64,000 nt of DNA. Origin: an uncultured Desulfobacteraceae bacterium (GTDB lineage: Bacteria; Desulfobacterota; Desulfobacteria; Desulfobacterales; UBA5852). Position 1 is the first letter of the stretch. The number at the start of each line of letters is the position of its first letter. A program made the position numbers and the translations under genes. The notes under the pieces are model-generated. The model ran no database searches. It was not told the origin of the DNA and was given only the letters and a program-made list of their open reading frames with translations. Shown here piece after piece: positions 1-9,401 of the stretch. The DNA is taken from contig CAJXSL010000003.1 of NCBI GenBank assembly GCA_913060875.1, positions 85,045 through 149,044 of the forward strand. The letters are read 5' to 3'.

Positions 1-647
1 ATCGCGCCATCAACAAGGGCGTCAAACAGGCGCTGGGGGGCCTGCATTCAGCCGAAATCGTTCTTTACAGTGTGGATTTCGCCCCCATCGAAGCGTGTCA
101 GAACCGCGGTGATTGGGACACCACGGCGGAGATACTGGTGGATGCCGCCCGCCGCATCCAGCGGGCCGGGGCCGACTTTCTTCTGATGGGCACCAACACC
201 ATGCACAAGGTGGCCCCTGCCATTGAACTGGCGATTTCCATTCCCTTGCTGCACATCGCCGACGCCACGGGCGAAGCCCTCGTCAAGGACGGTGTCAAAA
301 CCGTCGGTCTGCTGGGCACCGCTTTCACCATGGAGCAGAAATTCTACCGCGGACGCCTGGCCGACCGTTTCGGCCTGGAAGTTCTCGTACCGGGAAAAGA
401 GGCCCGGCAAGACGTTCACAACATTATCTACGACGAACTCTGCCGGGGTAAGATCCTGGGATCTTCGCGCCAGCGTTACATCGAAATCGTCGACCAGCTG
501 GCCCGTGCCGGGGCCGAAGCCGTCATCCTGGGATGCACCGAAATCGGCATGCTCATCAAACCGGAAGACACCCCGGTGCGCCTGTATGACACAACGGCCA
601 TCCATGCCGCCCGGGCCGTGGAATGGGCCCTGGCGGATGGTGAATAG
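1..647 (+). CDS. Aspartate/glutamate-type amino-acid racemase, 5' end outside window
   Basis: Frame +3 is open from the window edge: RAINKGVKQALGGLHSAEIVLYSVDF precedes the listed ORF 72..647. LLMGTNTMH and AVILGCTEIG (second catalytic Cys region) are typical of the Asp/Glu racemase family. Confidence 0.85.
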   Translation, partial: RAINKGVKQALGGLHSAEIVLYSVDFAPIEACQNRGDWDTTAEILVDAARRIQRAGADFLLMGTNTMHKVAPAIELAISIPLLHIADATGEALVKDGVKTVGLLGTAFTMEQKFYRGRLADRFGLEVLVPGKEARQDVHNIIYDELCRGKILGSSRQRYIEIVDQLARAGAEAVILGCTEIGMLIKPEDTPVRLYDTTAIHAARAVEWALADGE

Positions 648-1102
648 GAGATTTTGCTCACTTCATTGTAAAAGCATATCAAGGTCTCGTCTGCCCTCCT
701 GCTCCCGTGACGGCAAAATTGCTTCCCAGCCGACCCGGATCTTTGACCGCGCGCTTGGAGGATCAATCCGTCGGTGCAGCGAAACATTCAACCCACAACC
801 GAAGAATCCGCGCCGCAAGGCAATGCCCTTACCGCTTTGGCTTTCCGTGTTCTAACCGTTCCGTCAAAGTCCCCGAACCAAGCCCTGCAGGCAACAACAG
901 CGGGAGGACTTCGCCCCCCCCCGTGGCAATACATTTTAAGCTAACGGCGCGTGTTCCGACCCATGACGGATCCCCATTAACGGGTCATTATCCGCTTGTT
1001 AGAATTCCATGAGAAGTGCGGGCGTTTGACTTTGTCCGTTTGATGACGCATCATTAATCTCCAACTTTCCACCACGAATCACCTCACGACCGGATCACGA
1101 TC

Positions 1103-2230
1103 ATGAAAAAGAAACTCTTTCTCGCCCTTGTCGGGATCGTGCTGCTGGCCGGTGTGCTGGGCGGCATCAAAATGCTGCAATTTGACCGCATGGCGGCCCA
1201 GGGCAATTTCAGCCCGCCGCCGGCAGTGGTGACCACCGCCGCCGTGGAAAGCACGGCCTGGGAGTCGCGGCTGACCGCCGTCGGTTCCCTCGAGGCGGTC
1301 CAGGGGGTGACCGTCACGGCGGAGCTGAACGGCAAGGTCGTGGACATTGCCTTTGAACCCGGAGCCTTCGTCCAGGCCGGGGATCTTCTCGTGCAGCAGG
1401 ATGTCTCCTCGGAGACGGCCCAGCTCCGGGCGGACGAGGCCACGCTGGCACTCCGGAAAGCCAATTACGACCGTGCCCGGGAACTGCTGGCCCAGAAGGT
1501 GGTCACCCAGGCCGCCTTCGACCAGGCCCTGGCCGAGTACAAACAAGCCCGCGCGGCAATCGACAATATCCGCTCGGTGATGGCCAAGAAGACCATCCGG
1601 GCCCCTTTTGCCGGACGTCTCGGGATCCGTCTGGTCAACCTGGGGCAAATTCTCGATGGAGGCGAACCCATCGTCTCTCTCCAGTCCCTGGATCCCATTT
1701 TCGTCAATTTTCTGCTGCCCCAGCACCAGATCGCCAATCTCCGGATAGGCCTCACGGTGCGCATCACGTCCGACGCCCTGCCCGGTGAATCGGTCGAAGG
1801 CCGCATCACCGCCATCAATCCCCAGGTGGAGGAGGACACCCGCAATATCCGCATCCAGGCCACCGCCAACAATCTCAAGGAGCACCTGCGCCCCGGCATG
1901 TTCGTCAATGTGGCGATCATCCTGCCGGAAGAACAAGAGGTCCTGGTGATTCCGGCCACGGCCGTCTTGTATGCACCCTACAGTGATTCGGTGTTTGTGG
2001 TGGAAAAGGCGACGGCCGGTGACGACGGTCCGGCCGGATTGCAGCTGCGGCAGCAATTCGTGCGGCTGGGGGCCCAGCGCGGCGACTACATGGCCGTGAT
2101 CTCCGGGCTCAACGCGGGAGAGCAGGTGGTCAGTACGGGGGTCTTCAAGTACCGCAACGGACAGGCCGTGAGGGTGGACAATTCCCTGGCGCCCGCATTC
2201 AGCCCGTCACCCGAGCCGGAAGACCGGTGA
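1103..2230 (+). CDS. RND efflux periplasmic adaptor (membrane fusion protein, HlyD family)
   Basis: 375-aa ORF with an N-terminal membrane anchor and a coiled-coil region (ETAQLRADEATLALRKANYDRARELL). It has barrel-sandwich-like segments and sits directly upstream of an RND permease. Confidence 0.9.
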   Translation: MKKKLFLALVGIVLLAGVLGGIKMLQFDRMAAQGNFSPPPAVVTTAAVESTAWESRLTAVGSLEAVQGVTVTAELNGKVVDIAFEPGAFVQAGDLLVQQDVSSETAQLRADEATLALRKANYDRARELLAQKVVTQAAFDQALAEYKQARAAIDNIRSVMAKKTIRAPFAGRLGIRLVNLGQILDGGEPIVSLQSLDPIFVNFLLPQHQIANLRIGLTVRITSDALPGESVEGRITAINPQVEEDTRNIRIQATANNLKEHLRPGMFVNVAIILPEEQEVLVIPATAVLYAPYSDSVFVVEKATAGDDGPAGLQLRQQFVRLGAQRGDYMAVISGLNAGEQVVSTGVFKYRNGQAVRVDNSLAPAFSPSPEPEDR

Positions 2231-2311
2231 GACCCTGAGCTTACGGAAATCAGAGCTGGCGCCGATTTCGCCGGCTTATTCGCAGGAACCCGTTCCCAGG
2301 CGCAGAACGTT

Positions 2312-5300
2312 ATGAAGTTTACCGACATCTTTATCCGCCGGCCGGTGCTGGCGCTGGTTATCAACCTGCTGATCATCATTGCCGGCCTGCAGGCCATCCG
2401 GTCCCTCAACGTGCGCCAGTTCCCCCGCAGCGACAATGCGTCGGTCACGGTGACCACCATCTATGTCGGCGCCAGTGCGGACCTGGTGCGCGGCTTCATT
2501 ACCACGCCCCTGGAGCGGGCCATCGCCGCGGCCGACGGCATCGATTACATCAAGTCCGAAAGCCGCCTGGGGCTTTCCACCATTACGGTGCGGCTCAAGC
2601 TCAATTACGATCCCATCAAGGCCCTCTCCGAAATCAGTTCCAAGGTTGACCAGGTACGCAGCGACCTGCCACCCGAAGCGGAAGTCCCGGTCATCAATGT
2701 GGAATCCGCCGACAGTGAATTCGCCTCGGCGTACCTCAGTTTCACCTCGGATGTGCTCAAGCAGAACGAGATAACGGACTACCTCGTGCGCGTGGTCCAG
2801 CCCCAGTTGTCGGCCCTCGAGGGCGTTCAGCGGGCGGACATCCTGGGAGCCCGTACCTTTGCCATGCGCATCTGGCTGAAGCCCGAGCGCATGGCCGCCT
2901 ACACCATCAGCCCGGTGGAGGTCCGCCAGGCCCTGGCGGCCAACAATTTCCTGGCCGCCGTGGGCCAGACCAAGGGCGCCCTGGTCCAGGTCAACCTGAT
3001 TGCCAACACCGACCTGCGCTCGGTGGAGGAATTCAAGCAGCTTGTCATCCGGCAGCAGGAAGGCGCCATCGTGCGCCTGCAGGATATCGCCGACATCGAA
3101 CTGGGGGCCGAAGACTACGACGCCGAGGTGCGCTTCTCCGGCCAGACCGCGGTCTTCATGGGAATCTGGGCGCTTCCCAACGCCAACGCCCTGGACGTGA
3201 TCAGCCGGGTCCGCACGGCCATGGACGCCGTTCAAAAACAGCTTCCCAGCGGCATGCAGGCCCGCATCGCCTATGATGCCACCAACTACATCCGCAACGC
3301 CATCCGGGAAGTCATCAAAACCCTGAGTGAAACCCTGCTCATCGTGGTGATCATCATTTTCCTGTTTCTGGGCTCCCTGCGCTCGGCCATCATCCCGGTG
3401 GTGGCCATTCCCCTCTCCCTGATCGGCGGGGTCTTCCTGATGCAGGTTTTCGGGTTCACCGTCAACCTGCTGACCCTGCTGGCCATCGTGCTGTCCGTGG
3501 GGCTGGTGGTGGACGACGCCATCGTCGTGGTGGAAAACGTGGAACGCCATCTCTCCGAAGGCCAGTCGCCGCGTATGGCGGCCCTCCTGGGGGCACGCGA
3601 GCTGGTCGGTCCCCTGATCTCGATGACTATCACCCTGGCGGCGGTCTATGCCCCCATCGGGCTCCAGGGAGGTCTTACCGGCGCCCTTTTTCGCGAGTTC
3701 GCCTTTACCCTGGCCGGGGCCGTGGTCATTTCCGGCATCGTGGCCGTCACCCTCTCGCCCATGATGGCCGCCAACCTGCTGGTGGAAGGCATGGAAGAAA
3801 GGGGCTTTGCCGGACGGATCGCCCGGGGCTTCGACCGTCTGCGGCGGCGCTATGGCCGGTGGCTGACGGCCACCCTCGACGCCCGGCCGGCCGTCTATCT
3901 GGTATGGTTTGCCATCAGCCTGTTGGCCATCCCCATGTACACCATGTCCGCCAAAGAGCTGGCCCCCACCGAAGACCAGGGCATTATTTTCGGCATCATC
4001 GAAGCCGCGGCCAACGCTACCCTGGACCAGACCAGCCTCTATGCTGCCGCGGCCAATGACGCCTTCTTCAACACGCCGGAAACCGATTTTTCGTTTCAGG
4101 TGACCTTTCCCTCGTCCGGATTTGCCGGCATGGTGGTCAAGCCCTGGGATGAACGGGAGCGCACCGTTTTCGAAATCCTGCCGGAGGTGCAGCAGAAACT
4201 GTCAGCCATACCGGGGATGCGCATGTTCGGGGTGACCCCGGCGGCCTTGCCTGGCGGCGGCCAGTTCCCGGTGGAATTTGTCCTGGCCTCCACCGCCGAG
4301 CTAGACCAGATCCTCGCCTTTGCCCGTCAGATCCAGATGAAAGCCATGCAGAGCGGCATGTTCGCCTTCCCGCCCATTATCGATGTCAAAATCGATCAGC
4401 CCCAATCGGAACTGGTCATCGATCGGGACAAGGCGGCCGTACTGGACCTCAGCCTCCAGCAGGTGGGCAACGATCTCGCTTCCATGGTCGGGGGCAATTA
4501 CGTCAACCGGTTCAACATCGACGGGCGCAGCTACAAGGTGATCCCCCAGATCAAGCGTGTCGGCCGTCTCAACCCGGAGCAGCTGCAAAATATCTACGTG
4601 ACCGGCCCCAAGGGCCAGCTGGTGCCCCTGAGCACCATCGCCACCATCCGTAACCGCACCGTGCCCCGCGCCCTCAACCGCTTTCAGCAGCTCAATGCCG
4701 TGACCATCAGCGGGGTTCCCCTGCGCCCCCTGGACGAGGCCCTGCGTTTCCTGGAAGACGAGGCCGTCCGTATCCTGCCCCAGGGCTATGTGCTGGACTA
4801 CACCGGCGAGTCCCGTCAGCTGCGCACCGAAGGCAATACTTTCATCCAGGCCTTCACCCTGGCGGTCATCCTGATCTTCCTGGTGCTGGCGGCCCAGTTC
4901 AACAGCTTCCGGGACCCCTTCGTCATCCTGGCCGGGTCAGTGCCCCTGGCCATGTTCGGCGCCCTGGTCTTCACATTCCTGCGGATACCCGATCCGAATG
5001 TGCCCTTCTGGACCAGCGGCTGGACCACCACCCTCAACATCTACTCCCAGGTGGGGCTGGTGACCCTGGTGGGGCTGGTGTCGAAAAACGGCATCCTGAT
5101 CGTGGAATTCGCCAACAAACTCCAAGAACAGGGGCTTGCCAAACAGGAGGCCGTATACCAGGCGGCCCTTACGCGCCTGCGGCCCATCCTCATGACCACC
5201 GGCGCAACCATTGCCGGCCACTTCCCCCTGGTCCTGGTCACCGGGGCCGGCGCCGAAGCCCGCAACTCCATCGGGCTGGTCCTGGTGGGGGGCATCGCCA

Positions 5301-5380
5301 TCGGGACCCTGTTTACCCTGTTCGTCATCCCTTCGATTTACATGCTGATCGCCAAAGACCACTCCCGGACGGCGGCATAA
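2312..5380 (+). CDS. RND efflux permease (AcrB/MdtB-like, HAE1 type)
   Basis: 1022-aa ORF starting MKFTDIFIRRPVLALVINLLIII. It has 12-TM-type architecture and characteristic VVDDAIVVVENVERH and SKNGILIVEFAN motifs. Confidence 0.95.
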   Translation: MKFTDIFIRRPVLALVINLLIIIAGLQAIRSLNVRQFPRSDNASVTVTTIYVGASADLVRGFITTPLERAIAAADGIDYIKSESRLGLSTITVRLKLNYDPIKALSEISSKVDQVRSDLPPEAEVPVINVESADSEFASAYLSFTSDVLKQNEITDYLVRVVQPQLSALEGVQRADILGARTFAMRIWLKPERMAAYTISPVEVRQALAANNFLAAVGQTKGALVQVNLIANTDLRSVEEFKQLVIRQQEGAIVRLQDIADIELGAEDYDAEVRFSGQTAVFMGIWALPNANALDVISRVRTAMDAVQKQLPSGMQARIAYDATNYIRNAIREVIKTLSETLLIVVIIIFLFLGSLRSAIIPVVAIPLSLIGGVFLMQVFGFTVNLLTLLAIVLSVGLVVDDAIVVVENVERHLSEGQSPRMAALLGARELVGPLISMTITLAAVYAPIGLQGGLTGALFREFAFTLAGAVVISGIVAVTLSPMMAANLLVEGMEERGFAGRIARGFDRLRRRYGRWLTATLDARPAVYLVWFAISLLAIPMYTMSAKELAPTEDQGIIFGIIEAAANATLDQTSLYAAAANDAFFNTPETDFSFQVTFPSSGFAGMVVKPWDERERTVFEILPEVQQKLSAIPGMRMFGVTPAALPGGGQFPVEFVLASTAELDQILAFARQIQMKAMQSGMFAFPPIIDVKIDQPQSELVIDRDKAAVLDLSLQQVGNDLASMVGGNYVNRFNIDGRSYKVIPQIKRVGRLNPEQLQNIYVTGPKGQLVPLSTIATIRNRTVPRALNRFQQLNAVTISGVPLRPLDEALRFLEDEAVRILPQGYVLDYTGESRQLRTEGNTFIQAFTLAVILIFLVLAAQFNSFRDPFVILAGSVPLAMFGALVFTFLRIPDPNVPFWTSGWTTTLNIYSQVGLVTLVGLVSKNGILIVEFANKLQEQGLAKQEAVYQAALTRLRPILMTTGATIAGHFPLVLVTGAGAEARNSIGLVLVGGIAIGTLFTLFVIPSIYMLIAKDHSRTAA

Positions 5381-5412
5381 CGAGAACCCCGGCAAGTAGG
5401 TTTGTCTGCTTA

Positions 5413-5447
5413 TTCAGAGCGGAGGACCGCAGGTGGTCCGCTCTGAA
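5413..5447. terminator. Hairpin between convergent genes (possible bidirectional terminator)
   Basis: ttcagagcgga pairs perfectly with tccgctctgaa (11-bp stem, 13-nt interior). It lies between the RND permease stop and the stop of the minus-strand gene at 5463. Confidence 0.5.
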
Positions 5448-5462
5448 GAATTTGGAGGCGGG

Positions 5463-6710
5463 TTACTGGGGTGACGCACCCCGGGAATTCAGCGGATCGA
5501 GGCGAATCTTTTCCGAGCTCACCGCCGGGCCCGTGAAATGCACCAGCCGGAAGATGCTGGCCCCCACCATGACGTCGTCCTTGAAGGCCTGCACCTGCCA
5601 GCAGTAGGGCGAGCCCAGGAGGATGTCGTCCCGGTCGAAGGCTGTCAGGTCGTAGTGGGCTGCCTTGGTCACCGCCGAAAGCTCCGGTTTCTGGTAGGCA
5701 AACGCCAGCGGAGCGCGGGAATCGAAGGTCGCCGCCGAATCCAGTCGATAGAGGCGGAAACGGTACAACGCGCCTTCCCCGGCTGCCCGCCAGGAGAATC
5801 GCGGAAACTGCTTGGAGGAAAACAAAACATACGCCCGCTCCAGGGGCTCCACCAGTTTGAGGGATCCCAGGGGGGCCCCCGTATAGGCTTCGGTGACGAA
5901 ATAATAGATGATGGGCTCGTCAAATCCGGGCACCGGATCCAGGATCTCGAATTCCACCTTGTGCAGACCTGTGCCGTAGGTGGGAAAGGATGGGTTCAGG
6001 GGGCTGGGAATGGTGACCTCGCGCAATCCCCGGTTGAGCTGCCGGGTGACGATGCCCAGGATCTGGCCGTCCACTTTCCACTGGCCCCGCAGGGTGCCGC
6101 CGCCGTTGTAGGTCAGGGTGGCGAACGCCCGCAGCCCCTTTGTGAAACGGGGCACGGTGATCCGCCCCCCGGAAGACGGGCGCGTAGCAGCGGTCTCCAT
6201 CGGCTGGTTGAACTCCAGGGTCATGCGCACCAGGTTGAAGGCCCCGGCCGATGAAGGCACGACGGGCAGCGTGACCAGAACGGATTCCACTTCATTATTG
6301 ATATCCAGAAAATCCCGCTGATAACCAATACGGCTCTGTTTGAGCTTGAGGGCCTCAGCGATGACCCCGGCCGGAATGGTCAGCAATTCAACCACGCTGC
6401 CCCGGGAATTCACGATGGGCATTGTCAGGCCCCGGTTCACGCGCCCCAGCACGCGGCCGTCTTCGGTGATAAATCGCCCCTGGGCCGAGGTACTGGTAAA
6501 ATTCGGATCAAGGAGATCGACGCCGTTATATCGAAGCTGGGCGGTGTTGTTCAATCCCGGAACAATGTTGACGGTAGCAGGAGTGACGCTGACGTCAAGC
6601 GCCTGGCCCAACTCAGGGATTCCGACAATCAAAATGATCCAGAATCCCAGGCGAATCCACGCGGCGGTCCACGATTTCAAACGGCCCATTGTAAAATAGA
6701 GATGACGCAT
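5463..6710 (-). CDS. Hypothetical secreted or anchored protein
   Basis: 415-aa ORF with an N-terminal hydrophobic segment (AAWIRLGFWIILIVGIPELGQA) and beta-rich composition. It is 25 nt downstream of, and co-oriented with, ORF 6736..8988. I recognise no family. Confidence 0.6.
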   Translation of the reverse strand: MRHLYFTMGRLKSWTAAWIRLGFWIILIVGIPELGQALDVSVTPATVNIVPGLNNTAQLRYNGVDLLDPNFTSTSAQGRFITEDGRVLGRVNRGLTMPIVNSRGSVVELLTIPAGVIAEALKLKQSRIGYQRDFLDINNEVESVLVTLPVVPSSAGAFNLVRMTLEFNQPMETAATRPSSGGRITVPRFTKGLRAFATLTYNGGGTLRGQWKVDGQILGIVTRQLNRGLREVTIPSPLNPSFPTYGTGLHKVEFEILDPVPGFDEPIIYYFVTEAYTGAPLGSLKLVEPLERAYVLFSSKQFPRFSWRAAGEGALYRFRLYRLDSAATFDSRAPLAFAYQKPELSAVTKAAHYDLTAFDRDDILLGSPYCWQVQAFKDDVMVGASIFRLVHFTGPAVSSEKIRLDPLNSRGASPQ

Positions 6711-6735
6711 CTGTTGCTCCTGAAATTACCTCAGA

Positions 6736-8988
6736 CTAGGGATAGGACAGGGGGATGCCGATACTGAGCACCAGGTATACCGTGTAATCCTCGTCCGTAG
6801 TGTCGAAAATTTTATCTTCCGTCCGGCTGTACTGCCCCCTGAGGGACAGGGTCTTCTGCACGCTTTCCAGGAAGGGTGTGGCGATATGCCAGTTGTGCTG
6901 TCCGATCAGGTAGTAGGTCCGGGTGTGGAAGGAATCGTCATCGGCCTGAGTGTCCGTGGCGGACAGGGTCCAGTTCAGGTTGTGGGCGTCGTTGAACATG
7001 CACATGCCGGCCAGGGTGCCCTGCCAGGTCTCGGTGACCACGTCGTCGAAATCCGTCTTGGTGCGGGTGTAGGAGGCCGACGGGGTAAAGGACAACATGT
7101 CGATGGGCTGCCAGCCGGCGTTGAGGCTCATCTGATGGGTCCGGCTGTCGGCATCGGTCGGGGTGTCGTCGTCAAAATTCGTAAAATAATAACTCGGGGA
7201 CAGGTTCCATCTTTCGCGGGCCAGGGAAAACCCGCCCCCGACGGTATCCGTGCGGTTTTCAATGGGGTCGGTGGTATCGGGTTCACGGGAACTGTCCTGC
7301 CAGCCGACATTGCCGCTCAGGAAAAACGTGGGCCAATCCGTGGGGTAACAATTGAAAGACAGACCGGCATTCGTATTGTCGATCACCGGCAACGCATCAT
7401 TTTTTTCGACGTTGTCGCGGGTGTGGATGACGTTGGCGGTAAGGTTGGCGACTGGGAAGGTTTTCGTTCCATACAGCGAATACGCCGCCTGATTGTTCAC
7501 TGCCGTGGGCGTAACCACACTCTGGAATTCTTCGCTCAAATATTTGTAGCCGCCGCCATAGTCATAGCTGCCGGCACGGCCTGAAAAACGCAACAGCCAG
7601 GCATCGTCCCAGTCGGCATCGATATCGTCCGAGACGTCCTCATCGAAATCGCTCATGCCGTACTCGGCCGTCAGGTTCAGCATCTCGTTGAAAAGGCTGC
7701 TGGTGGCCTGGATGCTGTAAATCGTGCCCTCATGCCCGGCGGCCAGGGTGCTGGCGTTGTAATCGTCAGGCTCTTCGTTGTCGCCGGTAACCACGGTGCC
7801 CTTCAGGGTCAGGCGCTTGTCGCTCAGGATATCACTTTCCAGGGAGCCGCCCTCCAGGCGGTTGGCGCTGTCATCAATGCCGATCATGTCGTCGAAGCCG
7901 GTCAGGTAGTCGCTGCTCAGCATGAAACCCTGGGCTGTGAAGCCGGGTGCGTTCAGCGTCACAACGCCCCCCCGTCGGGAAATGGTTTCGCTCACCAGTT
8001 CCGTGCCGGTGACATTGACGTCCCCAAAAGCCAAGTGCTGGTTCCGGTATTCCAATTGCACCAGGTAATTGTTCAGATTGAAATCATCCTCCAGAGGGTC
8101 CGGCCCGTCCTGCGTGATATACCAGGTGTTCGCTTCCAGAGACGCTCGAAAGCCTTCTTTTTCCATGCTGGCAAGGAGGGTCTGGTTGGACTGCACGGTC
8201 CAGTCCGGCTCGGGGCTGTCGTCTTTCTGGTAAACCTCGTGAGCGACTTCCGTATCCACTCGCATCTCCACCGCAACCTGATCGAACAACTCCGAATGGG
8301 GGATGATGAAGGTCCATTCCCGGGGCGGCAGAATATTGCCGGCCGCATCCATGACCTCGAGGGTCACCCGGTGGTTCCCGAACGCGAGATCCCACTCCGG
8401 CGTAAAAGCGATGGCGTCCGTGGCGATAAGGGCGATAGGCGTCACGTCCGTGTCATCCAGCAACAGCCGGACCGAAGCCCACTGGGGCGGCAGCCCGGTG
8501 TCGGCAAACCGGATGGTGACGCTGGGACGACGCTCCCGGATGCGCTGATTATTCATGGCCGGGAAAACGATGCCGGCGGGTCGGGGCCGATCCAAAGCGA
8601 CCTCGATCCGCAGCGGGTTGCGGCGGGGATCGTTTTGGGGCTGGGTAACCCGCCGGCCCTGGCCATCTTCCACCTCAAAAAAGTATTCGATGCCGGGCGG
8701 TAAAACCCAATCCTGTTCGATCATGCCGGAAAATTCAATCTCGGTATCCTGCTTCATGGGCAGGGCGCGGTAGGTGGAAGTACCGATGCTGCGGTAATGC
8801 AGGGTGGCCTGGAGGGGCAGTATAAATTCCTGGGCGCGGATCCGGAAAACAATGCTTTGGCCGGCGAAAACCGGTCCATGGGGGGCAACAAGAACAATGC
8901 GACTTTCCGCCTTTACGGCTGGCGGCGGCAGCAGGAAAAGAAAAACTCCAGGCAAGACCAGGGCAAGCAAGAAGACGCGTCGTATCAT
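6736..8988 (-). CDS. Hypothetical outer-membrane-like protein (signal peptide, Ig-like N-terminal region, acidic beta-rich C-terminal region)
   Basis: 750-aa ORF with a signal peptide (MIRRVFLLALVLPGVFLFLLPPPAVKA). The C-terminal half is rich in alternating aromatic/polar residues and D/N/T/G, as in beta-barrel strands and loops (e.g. YYFTNFDDD, TLSLRGQYSRTED). Confidence 0.6.
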   Translation of the reverse strand: MIRRVFLLALVLPGVFLFLLPPPAVKAESRIVLVAPHGPVFAGQSIVFRIRAQEFILPLQATLHYRSIGTSTYRALPMKQDTEIEFSGMIEQDWVLPPGIEYFFEVEDGQGRRVTQPQNDPRRNPLRIEVALDRPRPAGIVFPAMNNQRIRERRPSVTIRFADTGLPPQWASVRLLLDDTDVTPIALIATDAIAFTPEWDLAFGNHRVTLEVMDAAGNILPPREWTFIIPHSELFDQVAVEMRVDTEVAHEVYQKDDSPEPDWTVQSNQTLLASMEKEGFRASLEANTWYITQDGPDPLEDDFNLNNYLVQLEYRNQHLAFGDVNVTGTELVSETISRRGGVVTLNAPGFTAQGFMLSSDYLTGFDDMIGIDDSANRLEGGSLESDILSDKRLTLKGTVVTGDNEEPDDYNASTLAAGHEGTIYSIQATSSLFNEMLNLTAEYGMSDFDEDVSDDIDADWDDAWLLRFSGRAGSYDYGGGYKYLSEEFQSVVTPTAVNNQAAYSLYGTKTFPVANLTANVIHTRDNVEKNDALPVIDNTNAGLSFNCYPTDWPTFFLSGNVGWQDSSREPDTTDPIENRTDTVGGGFSLARERWNLSPSYYFTNFDDDTPTDADSRTHQMSLNAGWQPIDMLSFTPSASYTRTKTDFDDVVTETWQGTLAGMCMFNDAHNLNWTLSATDTQADDDSFHTRTYYLIGQHNWHIATPFLESVQKTLSLRGQYSRTEDKIFDTTDEDYTVYLVLSIGIPLSYP

Positions 8989-9221
8989 AGCCGTATTTCG
9001 CTCATGTCCGAAGGAATAGCGTGCTAGCGATAATCTACTTGTCTAATGTAATGAGGATTCTATTTTCGTCTTCGCAAAACCTTCCTAACGTGTATGGCGT
9101 GCAAGTCGTTCGACAGCCGGTGCCGTCAGGGTTTAGCGGCCGGATCGAGACCGGAACGTTTTACCGCCTGTAACGCATTGGTTTGGGGATGGCGCTTGCG
9201 TCACACCGTAAGAGCCGCGCT

Positions 9222-9258
9222 CCTACAAAAGCCCCATGGCACTTAAGTCATGGGGCTT
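9222..9258 (-). terminator. Rho-independent-type terminator after the PilZ gene
   Basis: aagccccatg pairs with catggggctt (10-nt loop). On the minus strand it is followed by a TTTT run (cttttgtagg). Confidence 0.5.
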
Positions 9259-9376
9259 GTCTTTGTAAAAGCCAGCAAAAAAACGTTACCGTATTGATAC
9301 AATGCTTACATACAAGCCTGCCCGGCAGGTGTCAAACAGTAATTCCGGTATTGGCCGACTCCGAAAAAGAACTATC

Positions 9377-9400
9377 CCGAACATTGCATGCAATATTCGG
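9377..9400. repeat. 24-bp AT-rich palindrome, copy 1 (ccgaacattgcatgcaatattcgg)
   Basis: Near-perfect inverted repeat centred on CATG, abutting the stop codon (9402..9404) of the PilZ gene. A near-identical palindrome with the same flanks (cccgaa...ttcggact) is at 31027..31050. Confidence 0.6.
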
Positions 9401-9401
9401 A

